From the NCBI GenBank assembly GCA_024683455.1, contig JAIKYE010000041.1, positions 47,605 to 111,604 on the forward strand: DNA of 64,000 nt, in the 5' to 3' direction. The notes under the pieces are model-generated. The model was not told the origin of the DNA. It did no database searches and saw only the letters and a program-made list of their open reading frames with translations. The translations under genes and the position numbers were made by a program. Within the stretch, counting starts at the first letter, position 1. Each line of letters starts with the position of its first letter. This DNA is from Bacteroidaceae bacterium. GTDB taxonomy: Bacteria > Bacteroidota > Bacteroidia > Bacteroidales > Bacteroidaceae. Positions 8,784 to 22,269 of the stretch are shown one piece after another.

Positions 8784-10076
8784 ATGATACAAGATCTTCT
8801 TCGTTTCTTAGATAGCTCTCCAGTCAACTTCCTTGCTGTTGATACGTTGCGTAAACGTCTTAAAGCGGCTGGTTTTCAAGAGCTTGATGCTAAGAATCCT
8901 ATTGATAACGTAAAGCCTGGCACCCAGTTCTTTGTTACTAAGAACGACTCTTCTATCTACGCCTTCCGTATGGGAATCAAGAAACTCTCGGATAATGGTT
9001 TCCATGTAATATGTGCACATTGTGATTCGCCCACATTCCGCATTAAGCCTAATGCCGAGATGACGTGCGAGGGTGGCATTACCAAGTTGAATACCGAGGT
9101 TTATGGAGGTCCTATCATGAGTACCTGGTTCGATAGGCCTTTGTCTCTGGCTGGACGAGTAATCGTAACGGGTAAAGATGCCATGAGCCCCGACACCCGC
9201 CTTCTTTTCTGCAAGAAACCTTTGATGCAGATAAGTAATCTGGCCATTCATTTCAATCGTCAGGTAAACGATGGCGTTAAGCTTTCTAAACAGAAAGATA
9301 TGCTGCCTATACTTGGTATTGTTCAGAATGAACTGGAACGTGGCAATATGCTTATGAACCTCATTTGTGAGGAGGTAGGTTGCAAGGCAGAGGACATTCT
9401 TGATTTCGACCTTTATCTCTACGACGCCACACCAGCCTGTACGTTTGGCGTGCACAACGAGTTCCTTTCCAGTGGCCGACTGGATGACCTAAGTATGGTT
9501 CATGCTGGACTTCAAGCTCTCCTACAATCAGGCGACAGCGTTCCTGAGACTACGCAGGTCTTGGCAATTTTCGACAATGAGGAGACGGGCAGTCAGACCA
9601 AACAGGGGGCAGGCAGTCCTTTCTTGGCAAGCATCCTGCAACGTATTGTTATGGCACAGGGCGATACGCTTGAGGGTTTCTATCAGGCAGTTGAGAAAGC
9701 CTTTATGATTTCCGCTGACAATGCCCATGCTTGGCATCCAAATTACTCTGATAAGTACGATCCAACCAATCATCCTGTCCTTGGTGGAGGTCCCGTTATC
9801 AAGTTTAATGCAGCTCAGAAATATGCCAGCGACGCAGCTTCTGCAGCCGTCTTTGCGAGTTTATGTAAAGTTGCAGATGTTCCTTGTCAACGTTTTGTAA
9901 ATCACAGCGATGTGGCTGGCGGAAGCACTTTGGGAAATATCCTCGCATCCTCACTCCCTCTGCGTGGCGTAGATATGGGCAATCCCGTTCTTGCCATGCA
10001 TAGTGCCCGTGAGACAGCTTCATGTGCCGACCACGAGTATTGTATCCAGGCCTTCAAAGCTTTCTTTGCTCAGTAA
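8784..10076 (+). CDS. M18 family aminopeptidase (aspartyl aminopeptidase-like)
   Basis: 430 aa. M18 features include HCDSP, FDNEETGS and the C-terminal SARE motif region. Confidence 0.85.
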   Translation: MIQDLLRFLDSSPVNFLAVDTLRKRLKAAGFQELDAKNPIDNVKPGTQFFVTKNDSSIYAFRMGIKKLSDNGFHVICAHCDSPTFRIKPNAEMTCEGGITKLNTEVYGGPIMSTWFDRPLSLAGRVIVTGKDAMSPDTRLLFCKKPLMQISNLAIHFNRQVNDGVKLSKQKDMLPILGIVQNELERGNMLMNLICEEVGCKAEDILDFDLYLYDATPACTFGVHNEFLSSGRLDDLSMVHAGLQALLQSGDSVPETTQVLAIFDNEETGSQTKQGAGSPFLASILQRIVMAQGDTLEGFYQAVEKAFMISADNAHAWHPNYSDKYDPTNHPVLGGGPVIKFNAAQKYASDAASAAVFASLCKVADVPCQRFVNHSDVAGGSTLGNILASSLPLRGVDMGNPVLAMHSARETASCADHEYCIQAFKAFFAQ

Positions 10077-10099
10077 GAAAATCGCATAATAAAATATGA

Positions 10100-10146
10100 G
10101 CGGGTGACAAGCTTTAGATTCTTGTCATCCGCTTTTTGTTTTTTTT
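10100..10146 (+). terminator. rho-independent terminator of the M18 aminopeptidase gene
   Basis: A 12-bp stem GCGGGTGACAAG/CTTGTCATCCGC is followed by TTTTTGTTTTTTTT. Confidence 0.85.
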
Positions 10147-10189
10147 ACTGCCTAGTTAGGAAAAATATTTTTCCCTAGTTAGGCAGTAA
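10145..10189 (+). repeat. long imperfect palindrome / RNA hairpin containing two direct TAGTTAGG copies
   Basis: TTACTGCCTAGTTAGG - AAAAATATTTTTC - CCTAGTTAGGCAGTAA forms 16 pairs on the + strand if two G-U wobbles are allowed. The loop is itself self-complementary. Confidence 0.7.
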
Positions 10190-10254
10190 TTACTCCTTAA
10201 CTAACGAGTAAATAAGCACTCTACTTATATTTTTCGGCTATAATGTAAGAGATT

Positions 10255-10530
10255 TTACTTCTCAAAGATTTCTATTTTCATTTCGCCGCACTCATTGATG
10301 ATGCCAACGTACTCCTTAAACTCTGGTGTCTGACTGTGAGCGTCCAGAGATGCTTGATCAGCCCATGTCTCTATGATGCAGAACACATCGGGGCGGGTAG
10401 CGCTTTCAAAACAATCGTAGGCAATACAGCCTGCATGCTTCTGTGATTTCGCAACCAGTGCAATAGCTGCTTCTAATGCACGATCATACTCTCCCTTTTT
10501 AGCTTGAAAGAAACAATTTAGTCTTAACAT
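10255..10530 (-). CDS. ABM-domain (antibiotic biosynthesis monooxygenase-like) small protein
   Basis: 91 aa with a ferredoxin-like ABM pattern (CIAYDCFE...ETWADQASLDAH). It has its own promoter box. Confidence 0.6.
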   Translation of the reverse strand: MLRLNCFFQAKKGEYDRALEAAIALVAKSQKHAGCIAYDCFESATRPDVFCIIETWADQASLDAHSQTPEFKEYVGIINECGEMKIEIFEK

Positions 10531-10570
10531 AACTACAACAATTTTGATTGAACAATCTATTTTTATGATA

Positions 10571-10578
10571 CAAAATTA
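10571..10578 (-). promoter_or_regulatory. Bacteroidetes -7 box
   Basis: TAATTTTG on the minus strand lies upstream of the ABM gene. Confidence 0.5.
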
Positions 10579-10599
10579 CGAAAATAAGCTGAATTTCTA

Positions 10600-10607
10600 T
10601 ATCTTTG
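10600..10607 (+). promoter_or_regulatory. Bacteroidetes -7 box
   Basis: TATCTTTG lies 40 nt upstream of the GH2 ATG. Confidence 0.5.
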
Positions 10608-10634
10608 TAGCCACGAAATAACATATATTAATAA

Positions 10635-14186
<3,552 letters not shown>

Positions 14187-14192
14187 AGCAGG

Positions 14193-14217
14193 ATAGGGGA
14201 GTGTCAAGCTCCCCTAT
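14193..14217 (+). terminator. hairpin after the GH2 gene
   Basis: A 9-bp stem ATAGGGGAG/CTCCCCTAT is present, but the T-tract is weak. Confidence 0.5.
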
Positions 14218-14281
14218 TCAATTATATATTGACTTAAGTCAAAAAAAAGAAAAATGTTTTCTTTTACTCGGATAAATGTTA

Positions 14282-14289
14282 TAACTTTG
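14282..14289 (+). promoter_or_regulatory. Bacteroidetes -7 box
   Basis: TAACTTTGCAC lies upstream of the glycogen synthase gene. Confidence 0.55.
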
Positions 14290-14321
14290 CACACGATTTA
14301 AGAGCATAAGGCGTTAATCTA

Positions 14322-15980
14322 ATGGTGGATAAGAAATTGAGTCCCGACTTTATCTTCGAAAGCAGTTGGGAGGTATGTAATAAAGTTGGCGGTATATATA
14401 CCGTTCTCAGTACCAGGGCAAAGACACTTCAGGAAACTAATAAAGACAAGTTGGTTTTTATTGGTCCTGATCTTTGGCTAAACCAAGAGAATCCTCTGTT
14501 CTTAGAAGACAAAAAGTTATGGCCTTCTTGGGAAAAGAAAGCTACGGCTGATGGATTGCACGTTCGTCTAGGCCGATGGAACATTCCTGGACAACCATGT
14601 GTCATCTTGGTTGATTTTATCCCTTATATTGCCTTTAAGAATGAGATTTATGGTGAAGCTTGGAATGATTTTCAGGTGGATAGTCTTCATGCATACGGTG
14701 ATTATGATGATGCCAGTATGTTTGCGTATGCCGCTGGTAAGGTCGTAGAGAGTTTCTATCGTCATAATCTGACTAAGAAAAAGAACGTCGTATATCAGGT
14801 TCACGAATGGATGACTTGTCTGGGAGCCCTTTACGTTAAGAAAAATGTTCCAAAGATAGCCACTATCTTTACTACTCATGCGACAAGTATCGGAAGAAGC
14901 ATTGCAAGTAACAATAAACCGTTGTATGAATACTTGTGGGCTTATAACGGAACCCAAATGTCGCAGGAGCTTAATATCGAAGCAAAGCATAGCATAGAGC
15001 GACAGACAGCTCATAACGTTGATTGCTTTACTACTGTTAGCAATGTTGCGGGTTGTGAGTGTAAAGAACTGCTTGACAAGGAATGTGATATAATCATGAA
15101 GAATGGTTTCGAGCAGGATTTCGTTCCCAAGGGTGCCAAATTTACTACTGCTAGAAAGAATGCCCGTAAACGTATCTTCCAAGTAGCTAATGCACTGACA
15201 GGTACTGTGTTTTCTGATGAAACGCTCATTGTAGCTATCAGCGGACGTTATGAATATAAGAATAAAGGTATTGATGTTTTCCTCGAGGCTATGTACCGCG
15301 CTCTTTACGAACAGGACTTGCAACGTCCAGTCTTAGCACTTATTCAAGTGCCCGGCTGGATGGATACTGCACGTATGGATCTCCTGAACAGAATGAAGTT
15401 TGAGAACGTCTATGAAATGCCTCTCAACGATCCTTTATATACTCATTCGTTACACAATTACGAATCAGATGCCGTATTGAACTTTCTACACACACACGGA
15501 ATGCATAATAGCAATGACAGCCAGGTAAAGGTAATCTTTGTTCCTTGTTATCTGGATGGCAACGACGGTATCTTTAATATGTCTTATTACGACTTGCTTA
15601 TTGGCGATGACATAGCTATTTACCCCTCTTATTATGAACCATGGGGATACACCCCATTGGAGGCAATTGCTTTCCATGTTCCCTGTATTACAACGTCACT
15701 TTCTGGCTTTGGATTATGGGCAAATGAGGAGTTGGGGCGCCAAAGTAAGATTCTGGATGGAGTTGAGGTGATAGAGCGTAATGACTACAATTTCAACGAA
15801 GTTGTGGATCAGGTTGTATCAACAATTGCCCGGTATTCTGCATTAGACATTAAACAACAGGATGCTGCACGCAAGAATGCAGCAAAACTTTCAGAGAAAG
15901 CACTTTGGAAACATTTTATAACAAGTTATTACGAAGCATATAACACAGCATTAACTAATAGGAATAAAAGATTAGGATAA
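14322..15980 (+). CDS. GT3-type (eukaryote-like) glycogen synthase
   Basis: 552 aa. The N-terminal SWEVCNKVGGIYTV matches the animal/fungal glycogen synthase signature. Confidence 0.85.
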   Translation: MVDKKLSPDFIFESSWEVCNKVGGIYTVLSTRAKTLQETNKDKLVFIGPDLWLNQENPLFLEDKKLWPSWEKKATADGLHVRLGRWNIPGQPCVILVDFIPYIAFKNEIYGEAWNDFQVDSLHAYGDYDDASMFAYAAGKVVESFYRHNLTKKKNVVYQVHEWMTCLGALYVKKNVPKIATIFTTHATSIGRSIASNNKPLYEYLWAYNGTQMSQELNIEAKHSIERQTAHNVDCFTTVSNVAGCECKELLDKECDIIMKNGFEQDFVPKGAKFTTARKNARKRIFQVANALTGTVFSDETLIVAISGRYEYKNKGIDVFLEAMYRALYEQDLQRPVLALIQVPGWMDTARMDLLNRMKFENVYEMPLNDPLYTHSLHNYESDAVLNFLHTHGMHNSNDSQVKVIFVPCYLDGNDGIFNMSYYDLLIGDDIAIYPSYYEPWGYTPLEAIAFHVPCITTSLSGFGLWANEELGRQSKILDGVEVIERNDYNFNEVVDQVVSTIARYSALDIKQQDAARKNAAKLSEKALWKHFITSYYEAYNTALTNRNKRLG

Positions 15981-16011
15981 TAAAAAAAACATTTAAAACT
16001 ATTCAAGAAAT

Positions 16012-18576
16012 ATGAAAATCAAAGCAAGTAATGCTAACAATCCATGCTGGAAACCCATTACCGTTAAAAGTAATGTTCCTGCAGAACTTAGTAAATTGGA
16101 AGAGTTAGCTCATAATATGTGGTGGTCATGGAACCACAATGCAAGAAGTTTGTTCCGTCTGCTCGATGAAAATCTGTACGAGCAATGCGGCCAAAACCCC
16201 GTCCTTCTGCTGGAGCGTATCAGTTTTGAGAAGATGGAGAAGTTGGCAAAAGACAAGGCTATTATTAAGAAAATGAATGATGTCTATGATGAGTTTCGCG
16301 CTTACATGGACGTAGAACCAGATAAGTCTCGCGCTAGTGTTGCCTATCTATGTATGGAATATGGTTTGAACCAAGTTTTGAAGATATATTCTGGCGGTCT
16401 TGGTATTTTGGCTGGTGACTACCTAAAGGAGGCCAGCGACTCTAACGTTGATATGTGTGCCGTAGGTTTCCTGTATCGTTATGGCTACTTTACACAAACG
16501 TTGAGTATGGATGGCCAGCAGATAGCCAACTATGAAGCTCAGAACTTCGGTACTTTGCCAATCGAGCAACAAATGAATGAGGACGGCACTCCTATGGTAG
16601 TGGATGTTCCTTATATGAACTATCATGTTCATGCTTACGTTTGGAGGGTTAATGTTGGTCGTATTAAGCTTTATTTGCTTGACACAGACAATGAGATGAA
16701 CTCCGAGTTTGACCGCAGCATCACTCATGCCTTGTATGGCGGCGATTGGGAAAATCGACTCAAGCAGGAAATTTTGCTTGGTATAGGTGGTGTGCTCACA
16801 CTCAAGAAACTGGGCATCAAGAAGGATGTATATCATTGCAATGAGGGTCATGCAGCTCTCTGCAACGTTCAGCGTTTAGTAGATTACGTTAAGGAGGGTA
16901 TGAGCTTTACGATGGCTCTCGAACTGGTTCGTGCTTCTTCGCTCTATACTGTACATACACCTGTTCCTGCAGGTCATGACTATTTTGATGAGAGTCTCTT
17001 CAGTAAGTATATGAGTGGATATCCTCAGATGTTAGGTATTAGCTGGGATGATTTTATCGGTATGGGTCGTATGAATCCCGATGACCATTCAGAGCGTTTC
17101 TGTATGTCAACTTTTGCCTGCAACACCTCTCAGGAAGTAAACGGTGTAAGCTGGTTACATGGCGAGGTTAGTAAGAAAATGTTTGCTGGCATCTGGAAGG
17201 GCTATTACCCAGAGGAAAGCCATGTAGGCTACGTAACGAATGGCGTTCATTTCCCCACGTGGTGTGCAAACGAATGGCGTAAACTTTATGCAAAGCATTT
17301 TGATGTCAATCATCTGAAGGACCAAAGTAATCAAGCCATTTGGGAAGCTATATATAATGTAAGTGACGATGAGGTTTGGGAAACACGTATGGCTCTTAAG
17401 ACTAAACTCGTAGATTATATTCGTGAGCAGTTCCGTGATAGCTGGTTAAAGAATCAGGGTGATCCTTCTCGTGTTATCAACCTGATGGAGATGATTAACC
17501 CCAATGCTTTGCTTATCGGTTTTGGTCGTCGTTTTGCTACATACAAGCGTGCTCATTTGTTATTTACCGATTTGGACCGTCTTGCCAAGATTGTTAACAA
17601 CCCCAAACATCCTGTACAGTTCCTTTACACAGGTAAGGCACATCCGGCTGATGGTGCAGGACAAGGCCTTATCAAGAAGATATATGAGATAAGCCAGCGT
17701 CCAGAATTCTTAGGTAAAATCATTTTCCTAGAGAACTACGACATGCAGTTGGCTCGTCGTCTGGTGAGTGGTGTTGATATTTGGATGAATACGCCAACAC
17801 GACCTCTTGAAGCATCTGGTACATCAGGCGAGAAAGCCGAGATGAATGGTGTCGTAAACCTTTCTGTCCTGGATGGATGGTGGCTCGAGGGCTATCGCGA
17901 AGGTGCCGGTTGGGCACTGACAGAGAAGCGTACCTATGAAAGTCAGGAGTATCAGGACCAGCTAGATGCTGCTACTATCTACTCTCTGCTAGAGAATGAA
18001 ATTATGCCTCTCTACTATGCCCAAAATGCTAAGGGTTACAGTCCCGGATGGATAAAGGTAATAAAGAATTCTATTGCACAGATAGCACCTCATTACACTA
18101 TGAAGCGTCAGTTGGACGACTATTATAGCAAATTCTACAATAAATTGCGCGACCGTTCTAATGCTCTTAACGCAGACGGTAGGAAGTTGGCTTATGAGAT
18201 TGCCCTATGGAAGGAGACTGTAGCCGAACGCTGGGATGCTATCAATGTTGTTGACATCAGAAAGTCAGAAGAAGTGATAAACGGAAACATTGAGGCTGGT
18301 AAAAAGTACAACGTAGAGGTTGTTGTTGACGAGGCTGGTTTGGATAATGCTGTAGGTATCGAGCTTGTAACCTTGCAGAGTGATATCCATGGTGAGGACC
18401 ATATTTATCATGTAAATGACTTCGAGTTAGTGAATGTCGAGGGTAACCGCTACACATTCCGTGCTTCGCATAGTGTTGATAATGCAGGATCCTTCAAGGT
18501 ATGTTACCGCATGTATCCTAAGAATGAGAACTTACCTCATCGTCAAGACTTCTGTTACGTTAAATGGTTCGTATGA
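16012..18576 (+). CDS. glgP: alpha-glucan phosphorylase (GT35)
   Basis: 854 aa. Motifs [16 protein letters not shown] and the PLP-lysine region [14 protein letters not shown] are present. Confidence 0.9.
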   Translation: MKIKASNANNPCWKPITVKSNVPAELSKLEELAHNMWWSWNHNARSLFRLLDENLYEQCGQNPVLLLERISFEKMEKLAKDKAIIKKMNDVYDEFRAYMDVEPDKSRASVAYLCMEYGLNQVLKIYSGGLGILAGDYLKEASDSNVDMCAVGFLYRYGYFTQTLSMDGQQIANYEAQNFGTLPIEQQMNEDGTPMVVDVPYMNYHVHAYVWRVNVGRIKLYLLDTDNEMNSEFDRSITHALYGGDWENRLKQEILLGIGGVLTLKKLGIKKDVYHCNEGHAALCNVQRLVDYVKEGMSFTMALELVRASSLYTVHTPVPAGHDYFDESLFSKYMSGYPQMLGISWDDFIGMGRMNPDDHSERFCMSTFACNTSQEVNGVSWLHGEVSKKMFAGIWKGYYPEESHVGYVTNGVHFPTWCANEWRKLYAKHFDVNHLKDQSNQAIWEAIYNVSDDEVWETRMALKTKLVDYIREQFRDSWLKNQGDPSRVINLMEMINPNALLIGFGRRFATYKRAHLLFTDLDRLAKIVNNPKHPVQFLYTGKAHPADGAGQGLIKKIYEISQRPEFLGKIIFLENYDMQLARRLVSGVDIWMNTPTRPLEASGTSGEKAEMNGVVNLSVLDGWWLEGYREGAGWALTEKRTYESQEYQDQLDAATIYSLLENEIMPLYYAQNAKGYSPGWIKVIKNSIAQIAPHYTMKRQLDDYYSKFYNKLRDRSNALNADGRKLAYEIALWKETVAERWDAINVVDIRKSEEVINGNIEAGKKYNVEVVVDEAGLDNAVGIELVTLQSDIHGEDHIYHVNDFELVNVEGNRYTFRASHSVDNAGSFKVCYRMYPKNENLPHRQDFCYVKWFV

Positions 18577-19184
18577 TGCAACATCCAGGCAGCATAACAA
18601 CAGGAAAAGCAAGAATCAAGTTTGCAGTTATTGATAGCAATGTACTAACGTGCATTGGCTTGCAACATCTGTTGGGCCGTTTGCTGCCTATTGCAGAAAT
18701 ACAAGTCTTTACAAATACCAAAGAATTGTTGGAACTTGGAGATACATCTGGGTTCCAGCATTTCTTTGTTTCATCAAACATATACTTCGAACAAGCTAGC
18801 TTCTTTCGTCAATCTCCCAAGAAGACAATCGTCTTGGTTAAGGGAGACATGCAAATTAAGGATATTCATACACTTAACATCTGTCAGACAGAGAAGCAAT
18901 TGGTTAGCGATTTTATGGCTCTGCAACATATGGGGCACGATCATGCCATAAATATGGCTCGACAAATAGACCAGAAGGATATATTGTCTTCGCGCGAGGT
19001 TGAAGTGGCCCTTCTTCTCTGCAAAGGTTATATCAACAAAGAGATAGCCGAGAAGTTATCCCTTGCCACTACCACTGTAATATCACATCGTAAAAATATC
19101 ATGGAGAAAATTCATGCACGCTCTCTTGCAGATATTATTATCTATTGCGTAGTAAAGGGCATCATCAGCATTGAGGATTTATAA
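18573..19184 (+). CDS. LuxR-family HTH regulator with a degenerate receiver-like N-terminal domain
   Basis: The C-terminal LuxR HTH is [38 protein letters not shown]. In-frame ATGs lie at 18564, 18573 and 18576. The 18573 ATG overlaps the glgP TGA as ATGA. Confidence 0.7.
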   Translation: MMQHPGSITTGKARIKFAVIDSNVLTCIGLQHLLGRLLPIAEIQVFTNTKELLELGDTSGFQHFFVSSNIYFEQASFFRQSPKKTIVLVKGDMQIKDIHTLNICQTEKQLVSDFMALQHMGHDHAINMARQIDQKDILSSREVEVALLLCKGYINKEIAEKLSLATTTVISHRKNIMEKIHARSLADIIIYCVVKGIISIEDL

Positions 19185-19254
19185 TATCTAGTCTCCCTTA
19201 TTTTTTCCAATATTGTATGATGTAAAGAGCATCTTTTATGATGTATATAAAGAA

Positions 19255-19286
19255 AAGAGAGGTTCTACAAAACGCGAACCTCTCTT
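19255..19286. terminator. hairpin between the convergent LuxR and acyl-CoA ligase genes
   Basis: An 11-bp stem AAGAGAGGTTC/GAACCTCTCTT has a 10-nt loop. Confidence 0.55.
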
Positions 19287-19315
19287 CTGTTATATAATTG
19301 AGAAATGTTTTTTCG

Positions 19316-20992
19316 TTATATTTCCTCGTTAGCATAAAGGAAACGTTTGATGCTTTTCTTTGGAGTCTTCTCAAACTCTTCCTTCATAATCTTGATACCA
19401 GCCAACTGTGCATAGGAAGGCAGTAGGGGATTAACATCTTTACGGTTCTGCTCCATGAGTTCTACGAGAGCTTCTTCATTAAGTTTGGCTGCCTGTACTT
19501 GGTCGGGGTCGGGATAGACAAGACCATAAAGTTTCTCACCTTTTTGAATTACAACACATTCGGCTACCATTCTCATATTGCTAAGTTTATCTTCAATCTC
19601 CTCTGGATAAATGTTTTGTCCGTTGGCGCCTAGAAGCATATTTTTACAGCGTCCTTTGATAAAGACGTTGCCCTTTTTATCCATGATGCCGAGGTCACCA
19701 GTGTGATACCAGCCTTCTTTATCGAGTGTAGCTTCAGTAGCTTCGGGATTCTTATAGTATCCGAGCATAACGTTCAGACCACGTGTAAGAATTTCACCAG
19801 GAATCTTGGAGGGATCAGCGCTATCAATCTTTAGTTCTTGATGTATGACGTTTTTCCCGCAACTTCCAAGAACTGTTTTATGATAGTCTTCGTATGTGAT
19901 AATGGGAGCACATTCTGTTGCACCATAACCTACAGTATAACGGAAACCTATATCATGTAGAAGTTTCTCAATTTCTTGGTTGAGGGCAGCGCCGCCAATA
20001 ATAACCTCATAGAAGTTGCCGCCGAGTGCTTTGGTTAGTCCCTCGCATACTTTGTGCTTGATTATGCGACCTATAATAGGAGTCTTCATGAGAATTCGCA
20101 TCTTGGGAGTCTGTATCTTGGGTAATACAGCTTTGCGAACCACTTTCTCAATGATGAGAGGTACAACAATGAGGACAACGGGTTTGACATCGGCCAGAGC
20201 TTGCATTAGGATGGTTGGCGATGCCATTTTGGTAAGAAAATGAATATGTACACAGGAGAGGAATTCAAATGTAAATTCGAAGGCCATTCCGTACATATGT
20301 GCCATGGGGAGCATAGATAGAACTTTGTCACCAGGTTTAATGACATCTCCTAATACATGTACTGCGAAGTCATAGTTGCTCCAAAGGGCACGATAGGGTA
20401 GCATTACTCCCTTACTATTGCTAGTTGTGCCACTAGTATAATTGATAATTGCGAGTTCATCAGGTTCATCAATATGGTAGTGTAAATCTGAGGGCTGTAC
20501 GCCATCGGGATACTTCTGCTCATACTTACGATCCATTGTTGCAAAAGCATCTGCGAACTTGTCAGTATTACTGTGATAAACACTATAATCGGCAAGTGAA
20601 ATAATTCCTTCAAGATTTGGCATTTCGCTGGCGCTGAGGAAGGGCCATACTTTGTCACCAACAAGTAAAAGTTTGGATTCGCTGTGATTTACTATGTCGT
20701 GAACCTGCGAAGGATGAAACTCATGCAGAATTGGAACAGCTACAGCTCCATAGGTGATAATACTATAGAAGGCTGCTCCCCATCGACTAAGATTACGACC
20801 GCAGAGGGCAATTTTGTCACCTTTTTTAATGCCGAGGGATTCATAAAGTATATGGAACTTCTCAATAATCTCGGCAACATCCTTATATTTAAAGGTAAAC
20901 AACCCATAATCGGACATTGAGTCACATTCCCAATATTTCTGAATGCATTCCTGTACTATCTGATTATAGGAGGGTACTTTTACTTGATTCAT
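19316..20992 (-). CDS. AMP-dependent synthetase / long-chain fatty acid-CoA ligase
   Basis: AMP-binding motifs YTSGTTSNSKGV, GYGATE and GWYHTGDLG are present. The ATG at 20992 (MNQVKV) lies downstream of the promoter box at 21019..21026. The track start at 21019 is a GTG inside that box. Confidence 0.9.
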   Translation of the reverse strand: MNQVKVPSYNQIVQECIQKYWECDSMSDYGLFTFKYKDVAEIIEKFHILYESLGIKKGDKIALCGRNLSRWGAAFYSIITYGAVAVPILHEFHPSQVHDIVNHSESKLLLVGDKVWPFLSASEMPNLEGIISLADYSVYHSNTDKFADAFATMDRKYEQKYPDGVQPSDLHYHIDEPDELAIINYTSGTTSNSKGVMLPYRALWSNYDFAVHVLGDVIKPGDKVLSMLPMAHMYGMAFEFTFEFLSCVHIHFLTKMASPTILMQALADVKPVVLIVVPLIIEKVVRKAVLPKIQTPKMRILMKTPIIGRIIKHKVCEGLTKALGGNFYEVIIGGAALNQEIEKLLHDIGFRYTVGYGATECAPIITYEDYHKTVLGSCGKNVIHQELKIDSADPSKIPGEILTRGLNVMLGYYKNPEATEATLDKEGWYHTGDLGIMDKKGNVFIKGRCKNMLLGANGQNIYPEEIEDKLSNMRMVAECVVIQKGEKLYGLVYPDPDQVQAAKLNEEALVELMEQNRKDVNPLLPSYAQLAGIKIMKEEFEKTPKKSIKRFLYANEEI

Positions 20993-21018
20993 TTGCACAA
21001 ATTCTTTAAATGTGTGCA

Positions 21019-21026
21019 CAAAGGTA
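21019..21026 (-). promoter_or_regulatory. Bacteroidetes -7 box
   Basis: TACCTTTG on the minus strand lies upstream of the acyl-CoA ligase ATG at 20992. Confidence 0.5.
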
Positions 21027-21092
21027 GCCCAACTTTACCGTTTTTGCAAATAAATACCGATTTTTTTGCACAAAAATGACTAAAATGTGAAA

Positions 21093-21764
21093 TCAGCACA
21101 CCCTTGGCCCAAATATCTTACTGCCAATACGAACCATATTGCTACCATATTTGACTGCAATGGGGTAGTCGTCACTCATTCCCCAGGAACGTATTGTGAA
21201 GTAATCTTGCTGAGTAAAGAACTCCTTTTTTATAGTATTGAAAAGTTTTTCTGCTTTTTGAAATTCGCTTGCTATCTGAGCTTCATCTTCTACATTGCTG
21301 GCCATACACATCAATCCGCAAATACGAACATTATTCAATTGTTTCCATTCGCCTTGCTTGACATAATTATACAATTCATCGACAGAAAAGCCATATTTTG
21401 TTTCTTCCTGGGCGATGTGCAGTTCCAACAAGCAGTCAATGATTCGGTTATTTTTTTCGGCCTGCTTGTTTATCTCTTGCAATAGTTTGTGCGTATCGAC
21501 TGCATGAATAAGATGTACATAGGGAGCAATGTACTTAACCTTGTTGGTCTGAAGATGGCCAATGAAGTGCCACTCAATATCCTTGGGTAGCACCTCGTGT
21601 TTTTGTTGGAGTTCTTGTACGTGATTCTCTCCAAACAAACGTTGTCCGCCAGCGTAAGCATCTTCAATCATGCTTGAAGGATGAAACTTACTAACGGCAA
21701 CAAGTTGAACATCAAGGGGAAGGTCTTGTTTAATCTCCTTGATTATCTGCGATGGATTCTTCAT
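21093..21764 (-). CDS. yggS: YggS-family PLP-binding protein
   Basis: It has the VAVSKF PLP-lysine motif and YggS length. The ATG at 21764 is the likely start, because the track start at 21791 is a TTG. Confidence 0.85.
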   Translation of the reverse strand: MKNPSQIIKEIKQDLPLDVQLVAVSKFHPSSMIEDAYAGGQRLFGENHVQELQQKHEVLPKDIEWHFIGHLQTNKVKYIAPYVHLIHAVDTHKLLQEINKQAEKNNRIIDCLLELHIAQEETKYGFSVDELYNYVKQGEWKQLNNVRICGLMCMASNVEDEAQIASEFQKAEKLFNTIKKEFFTQQDYFTIRSWGMSDDYPIAVKYGSNMVRIGSKIFGPRVC

Positions 21765-22197
21765 TTGGGGTAGCCTTAAATATGTCAACAATCTTTGTTT
21801 CTGTGATAGAAACTATAGCCCAATCGCCGAGTGTTCCATGCATACCCTTATCAAGGTTCTTGAGGGCCACATGAAAATCTTTTGCCTGAATTAAAATAGA
21901 CTGAACAGCTCGCTTCTCGGTACCTTTCTTCTCATCTATGGTGATATACGCAACGCGTGCCTTATACCATTTATCGTCCGTGAGATCTTCGCTTTCCATC
22001 AACTCTGCAAGGCGGGCTCTTTTAATATCTGTTACAACAAATTCGCCTGCCATATAGGGCTCAATTTCTTCAATAAACCTTTTTTCAGCTTCAGTAAAAC
22101 TGATAGCATCAACTAAATATGTTTCTGTGGTACTCTTAATGAGGCCATCTTCCATTGTCTTGTCATACTTTACCTTACATTCAAACCATTCTGTCAT
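21730..22197 (-). CDS. DUF4494-like conserved Bacteroidetes protein, function unknown
   Basis: 155 aa with an ATG start and compact coding. I recognise it only as a conserved hypothetical family. Confidence 0.6.
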   Translation of the reverse strand: MTEWFECKVKYDKTMEDGLIKSTTETYLVDAISFTEAEKRFIEEIEPYMAGEFVVTDIKRARLAELMESEDLTDDKWYKARVAYITIDEKKGTEKRAVQSILIQAKDFHVALKNLDKGMHGTLGDWAIVSITETKIVDIFKATPNEESIADNQGD

Positions 22198-22269
22198 ATT
22201 TTTATTCTTTTATTGTTAATTAAATTCTATATGGATGATTTTTCTCTTCTATCAATAAACAGTTTTTTT

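Noticed and set aside
8808-9455. 215-aa ORF antisense to the M18 aminopeptidase gene
   Set aside because: It lies entirely inside a well-supported gene on the opposite strand. It has no recognisable motifs, and its composition mirrors the sense gene.
14568-15323. 251-aa ORF antisense to the glycogen synthase gene
   Set aside because: The same reasoning applies. It is a shadow ORF within a confidently identified GT3 gene.
21087-21485. 132-aa ORF on the + strand overlapping yggS
   Set aside because: It is a shadow ORF. yggS on the minus strand has the PLP-lysine motif and family length.
21730-21764. 35-nt overlap between the DUF4494-like gene end and the yggS start, considered as a possible frameshift or fusion
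   Set aside because: Both reading frames are intact and end or start cleanly. Overlaps of this size are common, and the yggS start could also lie slightly downstream.
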